64,000 nt of DNA from assembly GCF_008831285.2 (NCBI RefSeq), contig NC_045138.2, forward strand, positions 24,304,001-24,368,000. The letters run 5' to 3'. A program made the position numbers and the translations under genes. This stretch comes from Nymphaea colorata. Lineage: Eukaryota. Shown here one piece after another: positions 39,086 through 51,210 of this stretch (the stretch's first letter is position 1; each line of letters begins with the position of its first letter). Under the pieces are notes generated by a model, which saw only the letters and a list, made by a program, of their open reading frames with translations, was not told where the DNA came from and made no database searches.

Positions 39086-39692
39086 TTAAGAACTAAAAGG
39101 AAAATTGAACAGCAAAAAGGCAAAATTTAATAATATGAAACATAAGGAACAAAAGCCTATCGAAAAGAATAGATTGGCAAGGTCCATGCCAACACGAAAC
39201 TCCACTATTTTGAAAGCCAAAGGCTAATGCTTCGAGAGCAGGTGATGCGAAGTTGCTGCTTTTAAGGGGATCCCATTTCCCAAGGCTGAATACTTTCAGT
39301 GGATCCGGTTGGAGCCCCTTAAGTTGGTACCTCCTGGTGCTTAAAACGTGAAACGGTTGATTGAATAAGGTACCACGGAGAACAGCAGGAAAGTTTTTTC
39401 TCGTCCATTGAGATGAGAAAAGGACAGCTACTTGGCGCACCAGTAAGAGACCAGTCCTCAACTCTCATAGAATCGATGCTAGCCATAGGCCCAGCGCCCC
39501 AAAAATCCTGATCTCTTATTGCTCTATTCTCACTTCCAACAAAGCAATCAACACAAGTTACCGAAGTATGCAACCGAAAATGGAATTAATCATTTGCGTA
39601 ACGCCGTCAATCAAACATATACTCGTATAAACCGCTCATAAATAAGGGAAAATACATTAACATGTAACGGGGAGAGAGAGAGAAAGAAAGGT

Positions 39693-42600
39693 CTACTGCC
39701 TAGGTCGGTGCCAGGGACCCTTTCTCCTGTGGAAGTTGCCTCCTTTTGCAGGCTGCCTCCTCCTGTTATCTGGTGTATTCATCTGATTATATTGCTCTGG
39801 AGTCGATAAATTATTGGCTGTGCCTGGCACAAACTGCCCAAAACACTGGTTGGGATTAAACTGCGCAGTCTGTTCAGGAGCATTAAATCCACCCATCGGA
39901 TTCCATTGCTGAACAGCATTTGCATTAGGATTGCCATGCATGTTGCCTCCAGGAAAAGCCACTCCATTTAAATTAGGCTGATTCATGAATCCTTGCCAAT
40001 TCATGCATCCAGGCGCCTGTGGCACTGACTGCTGTGGAAATGCACCTGGTGATGCAAAATTTTGCAGACCCTGTAAAGGATTCCCAAGTAAGCCTGGCAG
40101 TTGCTGACCTGCTGTTTCACATCTCCAGGGACTATTTTGCACACCAAAAAACACCGGTTGCTGCTGCGGCTGCTGTTGACATGATGGCATAGTTGTCCAA
40201 GCTGAGGGCGGTTGCTGCTGAAAGTTTTGCAATGAGCTTACAGGATAACTAGGTTGCTGCACTCCATGTGTTCTTGGTACAGGAAGCCCATGAGCATTGA
40301 AAGTATTTGCCATTGTTCCACATGTGAGAGGTCCAAGTAGAGGAGTAAATGAACCGCCAACAAGCCCAAAATGGTTAGATGGTAAATTTGGTATCTGCTG
40401 ACCGTTGGGAATATGAGGTGAACATACAGCAGGGATAGACACACTTGGCATCTGCTGACTATTGACAACTTGTGGTGGACATACAGGGGGTGCTATTGAA
40501 GGGAAAGGTGGTTGACATGCAGAATGCAAAGAGATGCCATTAACAAATTGGCCAGATGAAGGATGCATCGGCTCATGGCTTGGAATGAGAGGTGCAACTG
40601 CAGACAAGGACAGTGGCGGCAAAGATTTAACACCAGCTGAATCAGACGATCTATTTCTGTTGGAGAACCCACCTCTGTTTTGAACCTTCTTTCTGTCTAT
40701 GGATTCCAGCTGCTTAACTTTCTTATCATTCGTTGTTCTCTTGGCCTTCCGCTGCTGGGATTTCCTATACTCAGCTTCCTTTTCATCATCAGAAAACTCA
40801 AGCTCATCTACGATCTCCTCATCATTCTCTCCAGAAGCATCATAACCCTTCTTGTAGATATCCTTGTTATTGAGAACATGGTCAGCGAACTCTGGAACAA
40901 AAGATACTGCAGTTCCTTCTTGGACTCCAGGTGGAACTTCCTTGTCTGTGTTATACCGGACCACATAGTAAGGATTCTTTACAGGTCCAAATATCTCGTC
41001 GACAAGTCCAAGTGGTAACCTTTTCTCTGTAATCCAAAGAATAGAGCCCTCAGTCAGTGGATTATGCTTCTCTGACCCCTCGACAACTACTTTGTTGTCC
41101 ATTATCTGCATCATTGAAATGTGAAGGAAAGGACAGTGAATATCTGATAACACAGATCGGTAGTTGGGAAAAAATAGTATCAGCAAATAACAGAGTGAGA
41201 ATTGAGAACTATGAATGTAAAATTCATGCAGGGTTTTATTGGAGTTCACATTTATGAAAAGGCTAACCGTCCCTATCAAGCTCAGAATTTGCCGGATAGT
41301 ATCACACATAACTAAAATGTGAAATATCAAGATAAGCTTCCGGTCTTGCACCAGCTTTGATCTCAGCAATACTGGGGCCGGAGTTAAGAAGCCAGCCACA
41401 CCAATGGCACACAAACCGTCAAAAACCAAAAGGAACTACGTTGAGAGGTGTTTTAGTGGTAGGTCTTAGATACTTACTGATAAAACCACGCCAACAGGCA
41501 AAGTGCCGTGTTGCGGCTCCAGGGCAACATCAATCGATGGTACAGGAGGAAGATTCTGCACAGAAGAAGTTTAGCCGTAAGTAACTAAGTAAAAGATAGT
41601 TCGCCGCATGCGGCAGAGTAAGAAGAATTATTGTTAGACAGCTCGTTAACCAAAAGGGCACATGAGAAACTTTCATCGATAAAGAGACGAGAGACTGAAG
41701 ACTTGACTTGGAGGTAGACTTTGATCTTTAGTGATGAACATCGACAAAGACATATTCTCAGTACATGAATAACGATTCACCAGCTCAGTAGACGATTGCC
41801 TTAGCACATCTGACACTCATGCAGAGGACTAAAGGCACAAACTATAACTTAGCATTCTCCAGAAACTGAATAATTTCCTCAATTGATAACTACCTACTTG
41901 TGCAAAACGAAATGAGTTAATGTCAATCTCTTTACCGCGGTTCGAAAGGAAGTCCGTAAACAAAAGAAAAACGAAAAAAACAATTACCTCGGGATCGAGC
42001 TCATTCTTGGACTTAATTGGCCCTTTCATCATCTCTTCCTCCTCGTCAATGTCGCTGTCTGCAAACATCTCCCCACTCTTTTTTGATTTTAAATCCCTTA
42101 TTTCGCCCTCTTCGACTTCTGCATTATCCGAGTCCTCGTCCTCAAGAGATGATGATGAGGACGACCCTGATGATGAAGCAGGTCCTGTTTCTTCCTCCTC
42201 CTCCTCCTCATCATCATCATCATTATCAGCATCATCTTTTTCTTCTTCCTCTTCCTCACTGCTGTTTGAAGAACCCGAGCTAGACGACGACGACGATGAA
42301 AGATCCTCAGACACAATAGCATCTTTCTCCTCATTACCGCCTGCGGAAACCGAACCAGCACTAGCACCACCCTTCTCCCAATCACCACCAACCGAACCGA
42401 ACGCACCCCCGCCATCATCCTCTTCAACCACTATTTCCCTCAAACGTACAGCAACCTCACCACCTCTACCAAATTCATTGTCGTCTTCAATCTTCATCTT
42501 CCTTAAAAACCCGTCAACCACTTCAGCTTTCAATGCCGCCGCACGACCTCCCTCCCCAACTCCAGAATCCGAAAGCCGCTTCTCCGCAGATGGCCTTTCA

Positions 42601-42929
42601 CCGATAAAACTCGAAACCGTACTCTCGCAGTACGAGTTCCCAACAACACCACTAGCACTTTCTCCCGCCGGGATGCAGTTAACTCCGGAACTCGAAATTG
42701 GGCTCCCTGAGTTCAGGTTTTCGAGGTGTTCGGAAGGGTTTCCGCCAGTCGGCATTCCCGACAACTCTGGTTCGAGTATCCACTCTTCGATAACGTCAAA
42801 ATCTGGAAAAGGGTCGATCAGTGAAGGGGAGAGACAGCCGGCAGACAAGGTTAGTGCGTCGGAAGGGTGGCACGAAGGGACGTTAGGATCATGAAAATTT
42901 GCCTTGAAAGCATAAGGGAGGCCGGTCAT
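39693..42929 (-). CDS. NAF1: H/ACA RNP assembly factor NAF1, 810 aa, 3 exons
   Basis: Exons 42929-41988, 41555-41478 (NLPPVPSIDVALEPQHGTLPVGVVLS, not in the ORF track) and 41105-39693, 2433 nt in total. Acidic/Ser-rich N-terminus, GPIKSKNEL, Gar1/Naf1 core (LGLVDEIFGPVKNPYYVVR, KGYDASGENDEE, EFSDDEKE) and a P/Q-rich tail. Confidence 0.93.
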
Positions 42930-43074
42930 CGTTGGCCGGCAGTGAGAGAGAAGGGTGGCCTTGGTGTTTCAGAAAGGGGAGAGAAGAGGAAAGGAGGAGG
43001 ATTCATGTCTATGATGGCGTTGTATATGGAAAGGGGCTGCGTTCTCTCGCTCGTCCACAACGGTTTTGCCGCTA

Positions 43075-43090
43075 AAACCCTAAACCCTAA
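43075..43090. promoter_or_regulatory. Double telo-box upstream of NAF1
   Basis: aaaccctaaaccctaa lies about 150 bp from the NAF1 ATG. Telo-boxes are typical of plant ribosome-biogenesis and translation genes. Confidence 0.6.
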
Positions 43091-43336
43091 AAAACGGAAG
43101 CTCTTGCTGGCGGGTGGTCTGTCGAGGAAGGAAGTGTACATGGAACTTGGATCGGGTCGGATCAATTAAACTCCATTATAACAAAGACGCCCATGCACGG
43201 TACCGCTCGGGTCATGAGGTCAAGAACTTATGGGAGCGTCAGAGCTGCCCATATGGCGATTGAATATCTTGAGACCATGAGTTCTTTCAATGAAGATTCG
43301 GTGATTTAATATATTGAAACTTAGTTTGATGGTTGA

Positions 43337-43498
43337 CAGGGGCCAAACTAGAAATTTTTCATTTAGGGGTCCAATTAAAGTTTCAAAATTTTAATTAGAG
43401 ATGTCATTTTTCAAAAATTTTATATAGAATAAAAAATTTATATAAAACAAGTGAAATTTTTTTTACGTCAGCCAAAAACCTTAGCTTCCCCACCACTG
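43337..43498. mobile_element. Short hAT-like MITE (CAGGGG...CCACTG family)
   Basis: Shares tagaaatttttcat...aattaaagtt with 49786-49967 and with the reverse-oriented 60985-61180. Confidence 0.55.
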
Positions 43499-44017
43499 CT
43501 ATGGAGTTGATTTTTTATTCTTAAATCTTATTTTCAAGGTTTTTAAATCCCTTACAAATAGATATGCTTAGTGAGTTTTGAAGAAGAGATCTCACTACAA
43601 TGGATTTCTCTCAGTCCTCTCTCTCGTCCAAGCAATGGAGAACAACCGGCCACGGTGATCGGTCGAAAGTGGGTTTCTCTCTCTCGCTCTCTCTCTCAAT
43701 CAAACTACTGTCTTAGTCTTGGGCCTGAGAAAACCCTCAGCCACGACCAAACGGTGGGGCTGGAGTTGAAGGAGTTGGGTGGTTGGGAGTGACAAGGGGA
43801 AGGGCCGATGGGCGATGGCGGTCTGGTGGCACCGATCACCACAATGCAGTAGCGGTTCTCGGTTTCGTTAATAGTAACAATTCAGATATCGATTACTAAA
43901 CACATAGAAATAGGATTTGGATCGGATTTGATAGAGTAAAAAAGAAACAATAAACCATACCCAAAACATTTACATTCCTAACAAACTGGTTCAGGAAACA
44001 AGAAAAGGGATACCAAC

Positions 44018-44400
44018 CACGGCATATTTGCAACTAAGGTTCTGAAAAGCATCCATTATAGCCAAATATATCAGAGGAAAGCTTGTCCCAAAAGCTTGGA
44101 GAGTACTATCAGCTATTGTGTGGTTCCATATCGTTGCCTTTTAATCAACTCAGCTTTTGAACACGGACTACAACAACCACTGACTGACTTTGTCGGCTTA
44201 ACAATATTTCAATTGATTGAAAGAAAAGCGAAGTAATTGCTGACACTCCAATGAAACAATAAGAAAGTCCAAGAAGATATACAAAGAAACGTAATTGATT
44301 TCCTAAGTCAGTTTCTCCATGAAAAAGAAGTCGCCAGCGCAAGTTTCAACTGACCAACTACTGGCTTATTAGAATCTTTTGCACTTTCTAATACATTTTC
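44018..44400 (-). pseudogene. MHX: Fragment of an Mg2+/H+ exchanger (MHX) first coding exon
   Basis: [41 protein letters not shown], then after a frameshift IWNHTIADSTLQAFGTSFPLIYLAIMDAFQNL. This matches remembered MHX motifs (YCFIGLSAITARFF; VWNxTIADIxLLAFGTSFPQISLA). No downstream exons were seen. Confidence 0.8.
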
Positions 44401-46517
44401 GAATCCCATCCTCCAAGTCATGCAGTTCCTCTCCATGCATCAATTTGTCTGTATTGACACGTAGGAACCTGTAAAGAGAAAATATAATATTTAGTTATGG
44501 TTATCAGTTCGAGATTATTGGCGTTGCCAACATTATGAATGACATTAAAATGGCACAAACATGTTCTCGTATTTTAAAGAGAAAAGAAGAAAAATAAAGA
44601 TCAATTAACAAGTAAACAAGCAATCAATATCATAGAAGGAAGCAGATCAAGTTTATGAGAAGGGATTGGCTAAGTCGAACACTATTTTAATTGTGGAGTT
44701 AACATGTTCTAGTGCGTCCAGGAATCATGTCTTACAGATCCAGAATGGACAAGCCAAGTGAATTGCTCATGTGGTTTACTAAAAAACCCACATGTCAGCA
44801 CACGTGGAAACTCCTGGATTTAGGCAAGAATGAAAGCATCAATATCAAGGCCGTTTTCTTAAGATCCTGTCGTGGCCCAGTGGATTATCGAAATTCAGGG
44901 TAAACAAGCATATCTACTCGAAGAATCACACCTCTGCCAGTCAGAATATTACCCTGCTCAAAAAAATCCCTAGTTTCTTGATTGCAGATCAGGTTGAAAT
45001 CAGAATTTGGTCATCTCAGAGAATCTCGGCAGTCGGTTTCTCAGGATTTCTGTTGTAGGATCAATCGGAGAGTGACAAGAAGAGGTAAGCACATCCTAGA
45101 GGTGGAAAATCAAGAAATTAAATGAACACAGACCTGTATAGAATATCATTTTTTTCAATTCAAACTCGGAAAAAATCCCGCCAAAAATAAATACAAATAA
45201 ATCTCTCCATCCATCTCCAGCGGAAATGTTATGAAAATGATAAAAAAACAACATAAGATCCGTAATATTGGGGCAAGGTTAAACAATGCATTACTTGATA
45301 AGTCATTTCTTTGTATCCTTTGCATGCCTATAGAGCTTTACTGCAAAAGTAACAGTAAAATTAAACTACTGAAAATTGGATTACAAAATCTCAAAAGGAA
45401 GTGAAACATTTTGAACAGCACTTTTTGGAACTCTCACTAGTAATTGTTAATCTTTGTCGTCCTTGAGAACCCTCTCATGCAGAACTTCACATAATACCCA
45501 TATTTCGTAGCCTCATTCTGTCATTTATCACTTCGACATTCATGAAAGGAGAAAGCTTTCAGAATTATATATAACACCCATGTTTCAAAAAACCATAAAA
45601 ATGGACAAAAAATAAACAAGGACATGAAAACTGAAAAATTACCTGTTGCATGCATTTCATAGTTCTTGCAACCCTCCCGTTCCAAAATTCAACCTTCATA
45701 ATGAAATAGAAAGAACAGATGAGAAATAGTTTGAAAAAAAAAATGAGTTTCTTACTTAGAGGGGTTCATGTTTGTTATATTGGACATGCAAAAAAGTATG
45801 AAACAATTATGAGAAACTTCCAAAACAATGGGTTTCTCTGATATAAAGGTGGTTTCTTTTTAGAGGGGCTTGCAAATTAAAACCACAAAAATTTGCAAGT
45901 TGAATAATTATGTCAAATAAAGAGTTTGTTTGAGCAGCACATATTATAAAGTCAACATTCTTTGTTTGAAGTTTGAACTACTGGCAGAGGGAATTCATCC
46001 GGTATGAAACCATTTTTGACAATAAGGTTTTTTTATTGCTTCATCAGTTATTCTAACCACCAATCATCTGAGACCAATTCTCTTTGCAAAAGCAGTAAAG
46101 AAGGAAAGGAAAAAGGGAGGTAAATAAATGCATACCATCCTAGGAACTAGCAAAAATGTAAAGCTAAAATAGGCAAACATACCTATATAGGAAATAATTT
46201 TATCCAACTAGTTTTATTTTTTCAGAATTCACGAGGAACCAAACTTTACAAAAATTTCAGACATAACTGGCCCTCCCTGTTTTTCCCCTGGTTTATGGAA
46301 TATAAAAACTAATGAAATTAAAGAATACATAGGAATCACTATGAGCAGTCAGATTAGATTAGATCACATGGATCACAGATTCTTCAAACAAATCCAAAGA
46401 CTGAATAAATGCAAAAGATGAATGAGTAAGAAGAAGGAAACTACAACAATTAAATAAAAAACCATTGTACTCGCCAAGACAATACAGGATAAAAAACAGA
46501 AAAAAAAAAAAAATTAC

Positions 46518-46870
46518 CACACAAGGGAACTCGAGCTCGGTTTCGCTCAAGAGAGAGAGCTTCCACAAGCTCTTCGTTAATCTAGCCACCTAGTCAACCC
46601 TGGGCCACAGACATCACTCGTGAGGAAGGAGTGGCACCCTGCCAAGGAGTTCAAGTTTCAGCACCTGATCTTCGCCTCAATCAGTTTTAGGCGCTCCTCC
46701 ATCTTGCCAATGTCGCCGCCTGCAAGGAGCTCCCTCATGCTGGATAGCCGGTTACCGAAGATGGAGTGGACCGTGATCAGGTCGGCTGTCATATTCTTCG
46801 TAGTTGGGAGGATCTTCACTACCTGCTGAACCATAGCGATCACCCACTCAAGCCTTTCTCTTGACGCCAT
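46518..46870 (-). pseudogene. EXO70: N-terminal fragment of an exocyst EXO70 (F-like) gene
   Basis: ERLEWVIAMVQQVVKILPTTKNMTADLITVHSIFGNRLSSM resembles the remembered EXO70F N-terminus (EDRVLATAQQIMKSL...FSSFDNRLS). Stops fall at RC*N (46658) and VD*VARLTKSL (46590). Confidence 0.6.
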
Positions 46871-47879
46871 GGACGATCCCCTTCCATCTCTCCATAGAAA
46901 CATGAAAACCTAAAATCCCCTAGTCTAGAACCTTCAAATCAAGATAGAAAACCTTCACCATAACTGCAGTTGCTCCAAACAAATTAACAAAATCAAACGA
47001 GAGATTGAGATGGATTAAGGCATAGAAATGCATAGAAAATTGATTAGTCCAGGATTCAAAGAAATATCCATCGCTGCTCTCGGCTGTTCATGTTAAGTGT
47101 TGCCTAAAAGAACACCTGAACCTAGAAGCCGAACCACCAGCGGCTTCTTCTGCGGGAAGGCTGGGGATGCTGAGAAACAACTCCCGTGACGACTCTCAAA
47201 ATCGATCGAGATCAACTGATCGATCCAAACCCTCTATCTTTTCCTCAGCTAAAACCTACCTCCCCACTGGATTGAAAATGTTGCCGCGAAAATGAAAAGC
47301 TCGTACAGAGAAAAAGGGAAAAAAGGAAACTCTCATTGATCTGGGTTTGAGTGCGTTTATATATAGGATTCTGGGGAAGAAAACAACACTCTCGATCAAT
47401 TCAAAAAGGAGTGCGCAGAAACCTCAACCAAAGAGAACAAAAGCCGAGTTCTGTGTCGCAACCACAGAAAGCATGCATGCAATCATCGAAATGAAAATGA
47501 CAAACGGCTTCCACGGAGAAACCCACACTCACTCCACAAATCTCGAACCAGAAAGACGCACCGAGAGACGGACTGCTCCGGCAGAAAGAAGGTAGGGAGA
47601 CCATACCTGTGAGTCTGAGGGCGATGGCAAGGGGAGGAGAAGTGGCTCAACGGCGCGCGCGAGAGACACCAACAGTGAGAGGGTGAGGGAGAGGACGGAG
47701 GAGAGAACGACGGACAGAGAAAGCGCGGGAAGGACTTCAATGGAGGGAGACTCTCAATCGGTTGCCGGTTGGCTCTTCTTAATCGGTTTCGAAATTTCGA
47801 TATGAAATCACCGATAACTCGGTTCTTGAAACCGATACGTATACAATTTCTTACTCTCCACACCAAAAGCATATGAAAC

Positions 47880-48043
47880 AAGCAACTAATCGAGCAAACG
47901 AGTTTGGACGAGCTCCAACACAAACACAATTGGTCGAGTCAACCTCGACTCGAGTTTGAGCCAAGATCGAGCTGACCAAAACAACAGTCAAGCCGAGCTC
48001 GAGCTGACCGAACTCGTGTTCGACTCTACTCGTGTTCAGCCCT
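47880..48043. mobile_element. GAGCTCGAG-rich hAT-like MITE remnant
   Basis: Repeated cgagc/ctcga motifs ending in ctcgtgttcagccct. Confidence 0.5.
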
Positions 48044-49149
48044 TGTTTAGACACCCATAACTCGATTCTTCAAAACAGCCACACACACTGAACGACACCA
48101 CGCATACAGGCCAATATATTTACTAAAGGTTTCCCATATAACTGCAGATGATTTCAAATGTCTAAATTATTTAGGAGGGAAAAATTTTACAAGAGCACCA
48201 AAAGTGTATGCTTACTTTGATTTTCAAAGAATACCTGCACATATTAAACAAGATTTTACCTGTTGAGACATATATATGATTAATGAATGATAACTCATTT
48301 TTTTTCAGCAGCCTAATATGTCAAGTTAAATATATATATACGTAGGAAATGAGTCTAGTTGTAGGGACGTTGCTTATTTAGAAAAAAGGAATTATTTATG
48401 TACCGCGTCCAAAAAATCCAGCAATTTTTTCGGTCGCCAATGGAACCTCCTCGGTATATTTTTTCGGTCGCCTTTCTGAAGGGAAAAAACTGAAAATTTC
48501 AAGATAAAAGTTTGAAATTTAAAATAATGTGCTCTATTTTAGGTAAAAAAAAAATGTAAATTAATTGTAAATTATTTCTGTACGATATATAACTATTGAA
48601 AGTTCATGAGCCGCTCCTTGGAAACAAATTGCACCAACCTACCTAAATCTCACTCATGATTGAATCTTTTACAATATATTTCCTTTGTCAACCTTTGACC
48701 CTTTTTAGTATTCAAACTGGTGTTAGGTAGATATCTACCAATTATTTAAATGTAATTTATCAAACCTACTTAATCAAAAACTTTATATTGAATGTTTTCA
48801 AAATCAGTGTACTTGTTCGATAAAATAAGCCGGGTTTAAATCTTGACTCCATGCTAGCTCTAGCTCAAAACAAGGAGTCTTAGCTGGTCCCCTGCATCAT
48901 CCTTTGACATAATTTTTCCAATTATTTGTTAATTAAAAAATGACTTCTATAAATGAAACTTAACTTCATCTAACTGCTGTCCACTTGAAAGTAATGGTTT
49001 CAACATTTAATGCCTTGTTTTGAGAAGTTAAGTCTCATACTTAAAGGGCTTATAAAGTGGGTTGTTAAAAAGCTGGTTGAAACCAAAACTACTAAAAAGC
49101 CTACTGACATCTATCAAACTCAATATGATAATATCAAAGCCAGTTTCAA

Positions 49150-49434
49150 TAGACCTGAGCCCGCGGCCTAAGAAAGCCGGCCCGATAATGTATCGGGCCA
49201 GCCCGGGTCAGCCCGATTTGACCTGATTAACATTTTAATATTATTTTTATATAATATATATGTATTAAAAATATATTTTATATTCAAAAAAATTTATTTT
49301 ATATTTAAAAATATATTTTATTTTAATCCGTCGAGCCAGACATGGGTGCTGGGTATTGGGCTTGGGCTCGGGCTCAGGTATTGAATATCGGGTCCGACTC
49401 TTATTGGGCCAGGCCAATCCGATGCCCAAGTCTA
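49150..49434. mobile_element. Complete hAT-family MITE with an 8-bp target-site duplication
   Basis: TIRs tagacctgagc and gcccaagtcta (9/11 match). Perfect TSD agtttcaa at 49142-49149 and 49435-49442. GC-rich subtermini around an AT-rich core. Confidence 0.9.
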
Positions 49435-49785
49435 AGTTTCAACACTAGAACTTGGGGTCTTACATGTGTGGACGGAGTATATATGCCTTAAAGAATGGTA
49501 GATTGTAATGCTCCACTTATAATGACAGAAATTCTGCACTAGAAGATACTATTCAAATAATTTTAAATTATTTGGTACTTTAATATATTCGAATGAGCAA
49601 ACTGTCCAAGGAATCAATTAATAGAACAATCTATTTTGTGAGACTTATGAGGTTCAATGCCCACATCCCACATGCTCACATGCCGCTCCACCACTAGGCA
49701 CAGGCACATGCAGTTTTCTATCCTTCTATATATATATATATATATGTGAGTATTATGGCTTAAGGCCTATACTTACAAGTGTGAT

Positions 49786-49967
49786 TAGGGGCGAAGTTAG
49801 AAATTTTTCATGAAAATGGTCGAATTAAAGTTCCTAAATTTTGTTTGGTGCTGAAATATCCTTTTCTAAAATTTTTGTATAAAACAAGTGAAATTTTCTA
49901 AAATTTACATGTATTTTTTTTTTTAAATTTTAAGATGGCTCATGCGAGCTCTACCTTAGCTCCGCTG
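49786..49967. mobile_element. Short hAT-like MITE, same family as 43337-43498
   Basis: taggggcgaagttagaaattttt...ttagctccgct. Confidence 0.55.
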
Positions 49968-50296
49968 ACCGTATAAAACTTATTTTCTATTGGTATTTTC
50001 AAGGAATAACTAAAAGTGAAAAAGCTAAGTTAGTTTTTTTTTTCTTTTTTTTTCTTTTTTTTTATTTAATTTGACCAAGGTTCGTATCGGTCTGCTTAAT
50101 TAGTTTGGATGGGAGGATCACAGAGATCTCGGCCACTTCAGGTCAACCAGATCTTCAACCGCAGGCGATCAAGTGAGAGACAGAGAACATGATACTTCGA
50201 TATACTTTCGCTAGTGAGAGAATACTTCTCTCACGATCCATGTGGTCAGATCCAAATCTGCATTTTATAGTCAATATTTAATCCCTAACTTATTTC

Positions 50297-51210
50297 CCTC
50301 ATTGAATATCTGAGCAAGATCAAGAGCATGTAATCCAAGGAAGACCTTACAACGTGGACTTTCAATTCAATTACTCTTTACTTTATGATATTTCGACAGT
50401 TGTAGTGGAATTCTAGAATATTGAAAAGCAATAACGCGTAAGTCCTTGCTTTATAAATCATTGTGGATCATTGGCAGTGCAATTCCTTGCTTTTTTTTTT
50501 TCAACTTGATTTTATCTCACTCTAAAGTTCACCAATTGAAACAACAGGAAATACTTATTTTTTATGTTGGGCATGTTCAAAAACCATGTTCTGTAAACAA
50601 AACTATATATATATATATATATACAAACATATAATATAAAAATTTCTAAATTTTATGTATGTAAAGTTCATATTTTATGCGCATTCTAGTAGCAAATTCA
50701 TTCAAGAGCCTTTTTATTTAATTGACAAAGAGATGAAACAGAATACAAGAGTCTTTACAGCAGGAATGAAGCTTAGATCAGAAACATCGGTAAAAGTTCA
50801 CCACTCAAAATTCTTTGCCTCATTGAATATCTGAGCAAGATCAAGAACATGTAATCCAATGAAGACCTTACAACATGGACTGTCAATTTAATTACTCCTC
50901 ACTTTATGATATTTCGACGGTTGTTGTGGAATTCTATAATATTGAAAAGCAGTAAAGCGTAAGTCCTAAAAAAGTTTCTTTATAAATCATTGTGGATCAT
51001 TGGCAGTGCAACTCCTTGCTTTTTTTTTTTCAACTTGATTTTATCTCACTCTAAAGTTCACCAATTGAAACAACAGGAGCTACTTATTTTTTATATTGGC
51101 CATGTTCAAAAACCATGTTCTGTAAACAAAACTATATATATATGTAAAATTTTATAAATTTTATGTATGTAAAGTTCATACGTCAAGAGTCTTTCATTTA
51201 ATTGACAAAA
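50297..51210. repeat. Direct local duplication of about 0.4 kb (50297-50730 and 50818-51210)
   Basis: Both copies begin cctcattgaatatctgagcaagatcaaga and stay colinear through tctcactctaaagttcaccaattgaaacaacagg. Confidence 0.9.

Noticed and set aside
41106..41429. N-terminal 108 aa of the 578-aa ORF
   Set aside because: Open intron 2 sequence of NAF1. The true exon starts after the CAG at 41105.
41920..42894. 324-aa plus-strand ORF
   Set aside because: Antisense shadow of the acidic/Ser-rich NAF1 exon 1.
43075..43090. Interstitial telomere or fusion scar
   Set aside because: Only two units in a promoter position, better explained as a telo-box.
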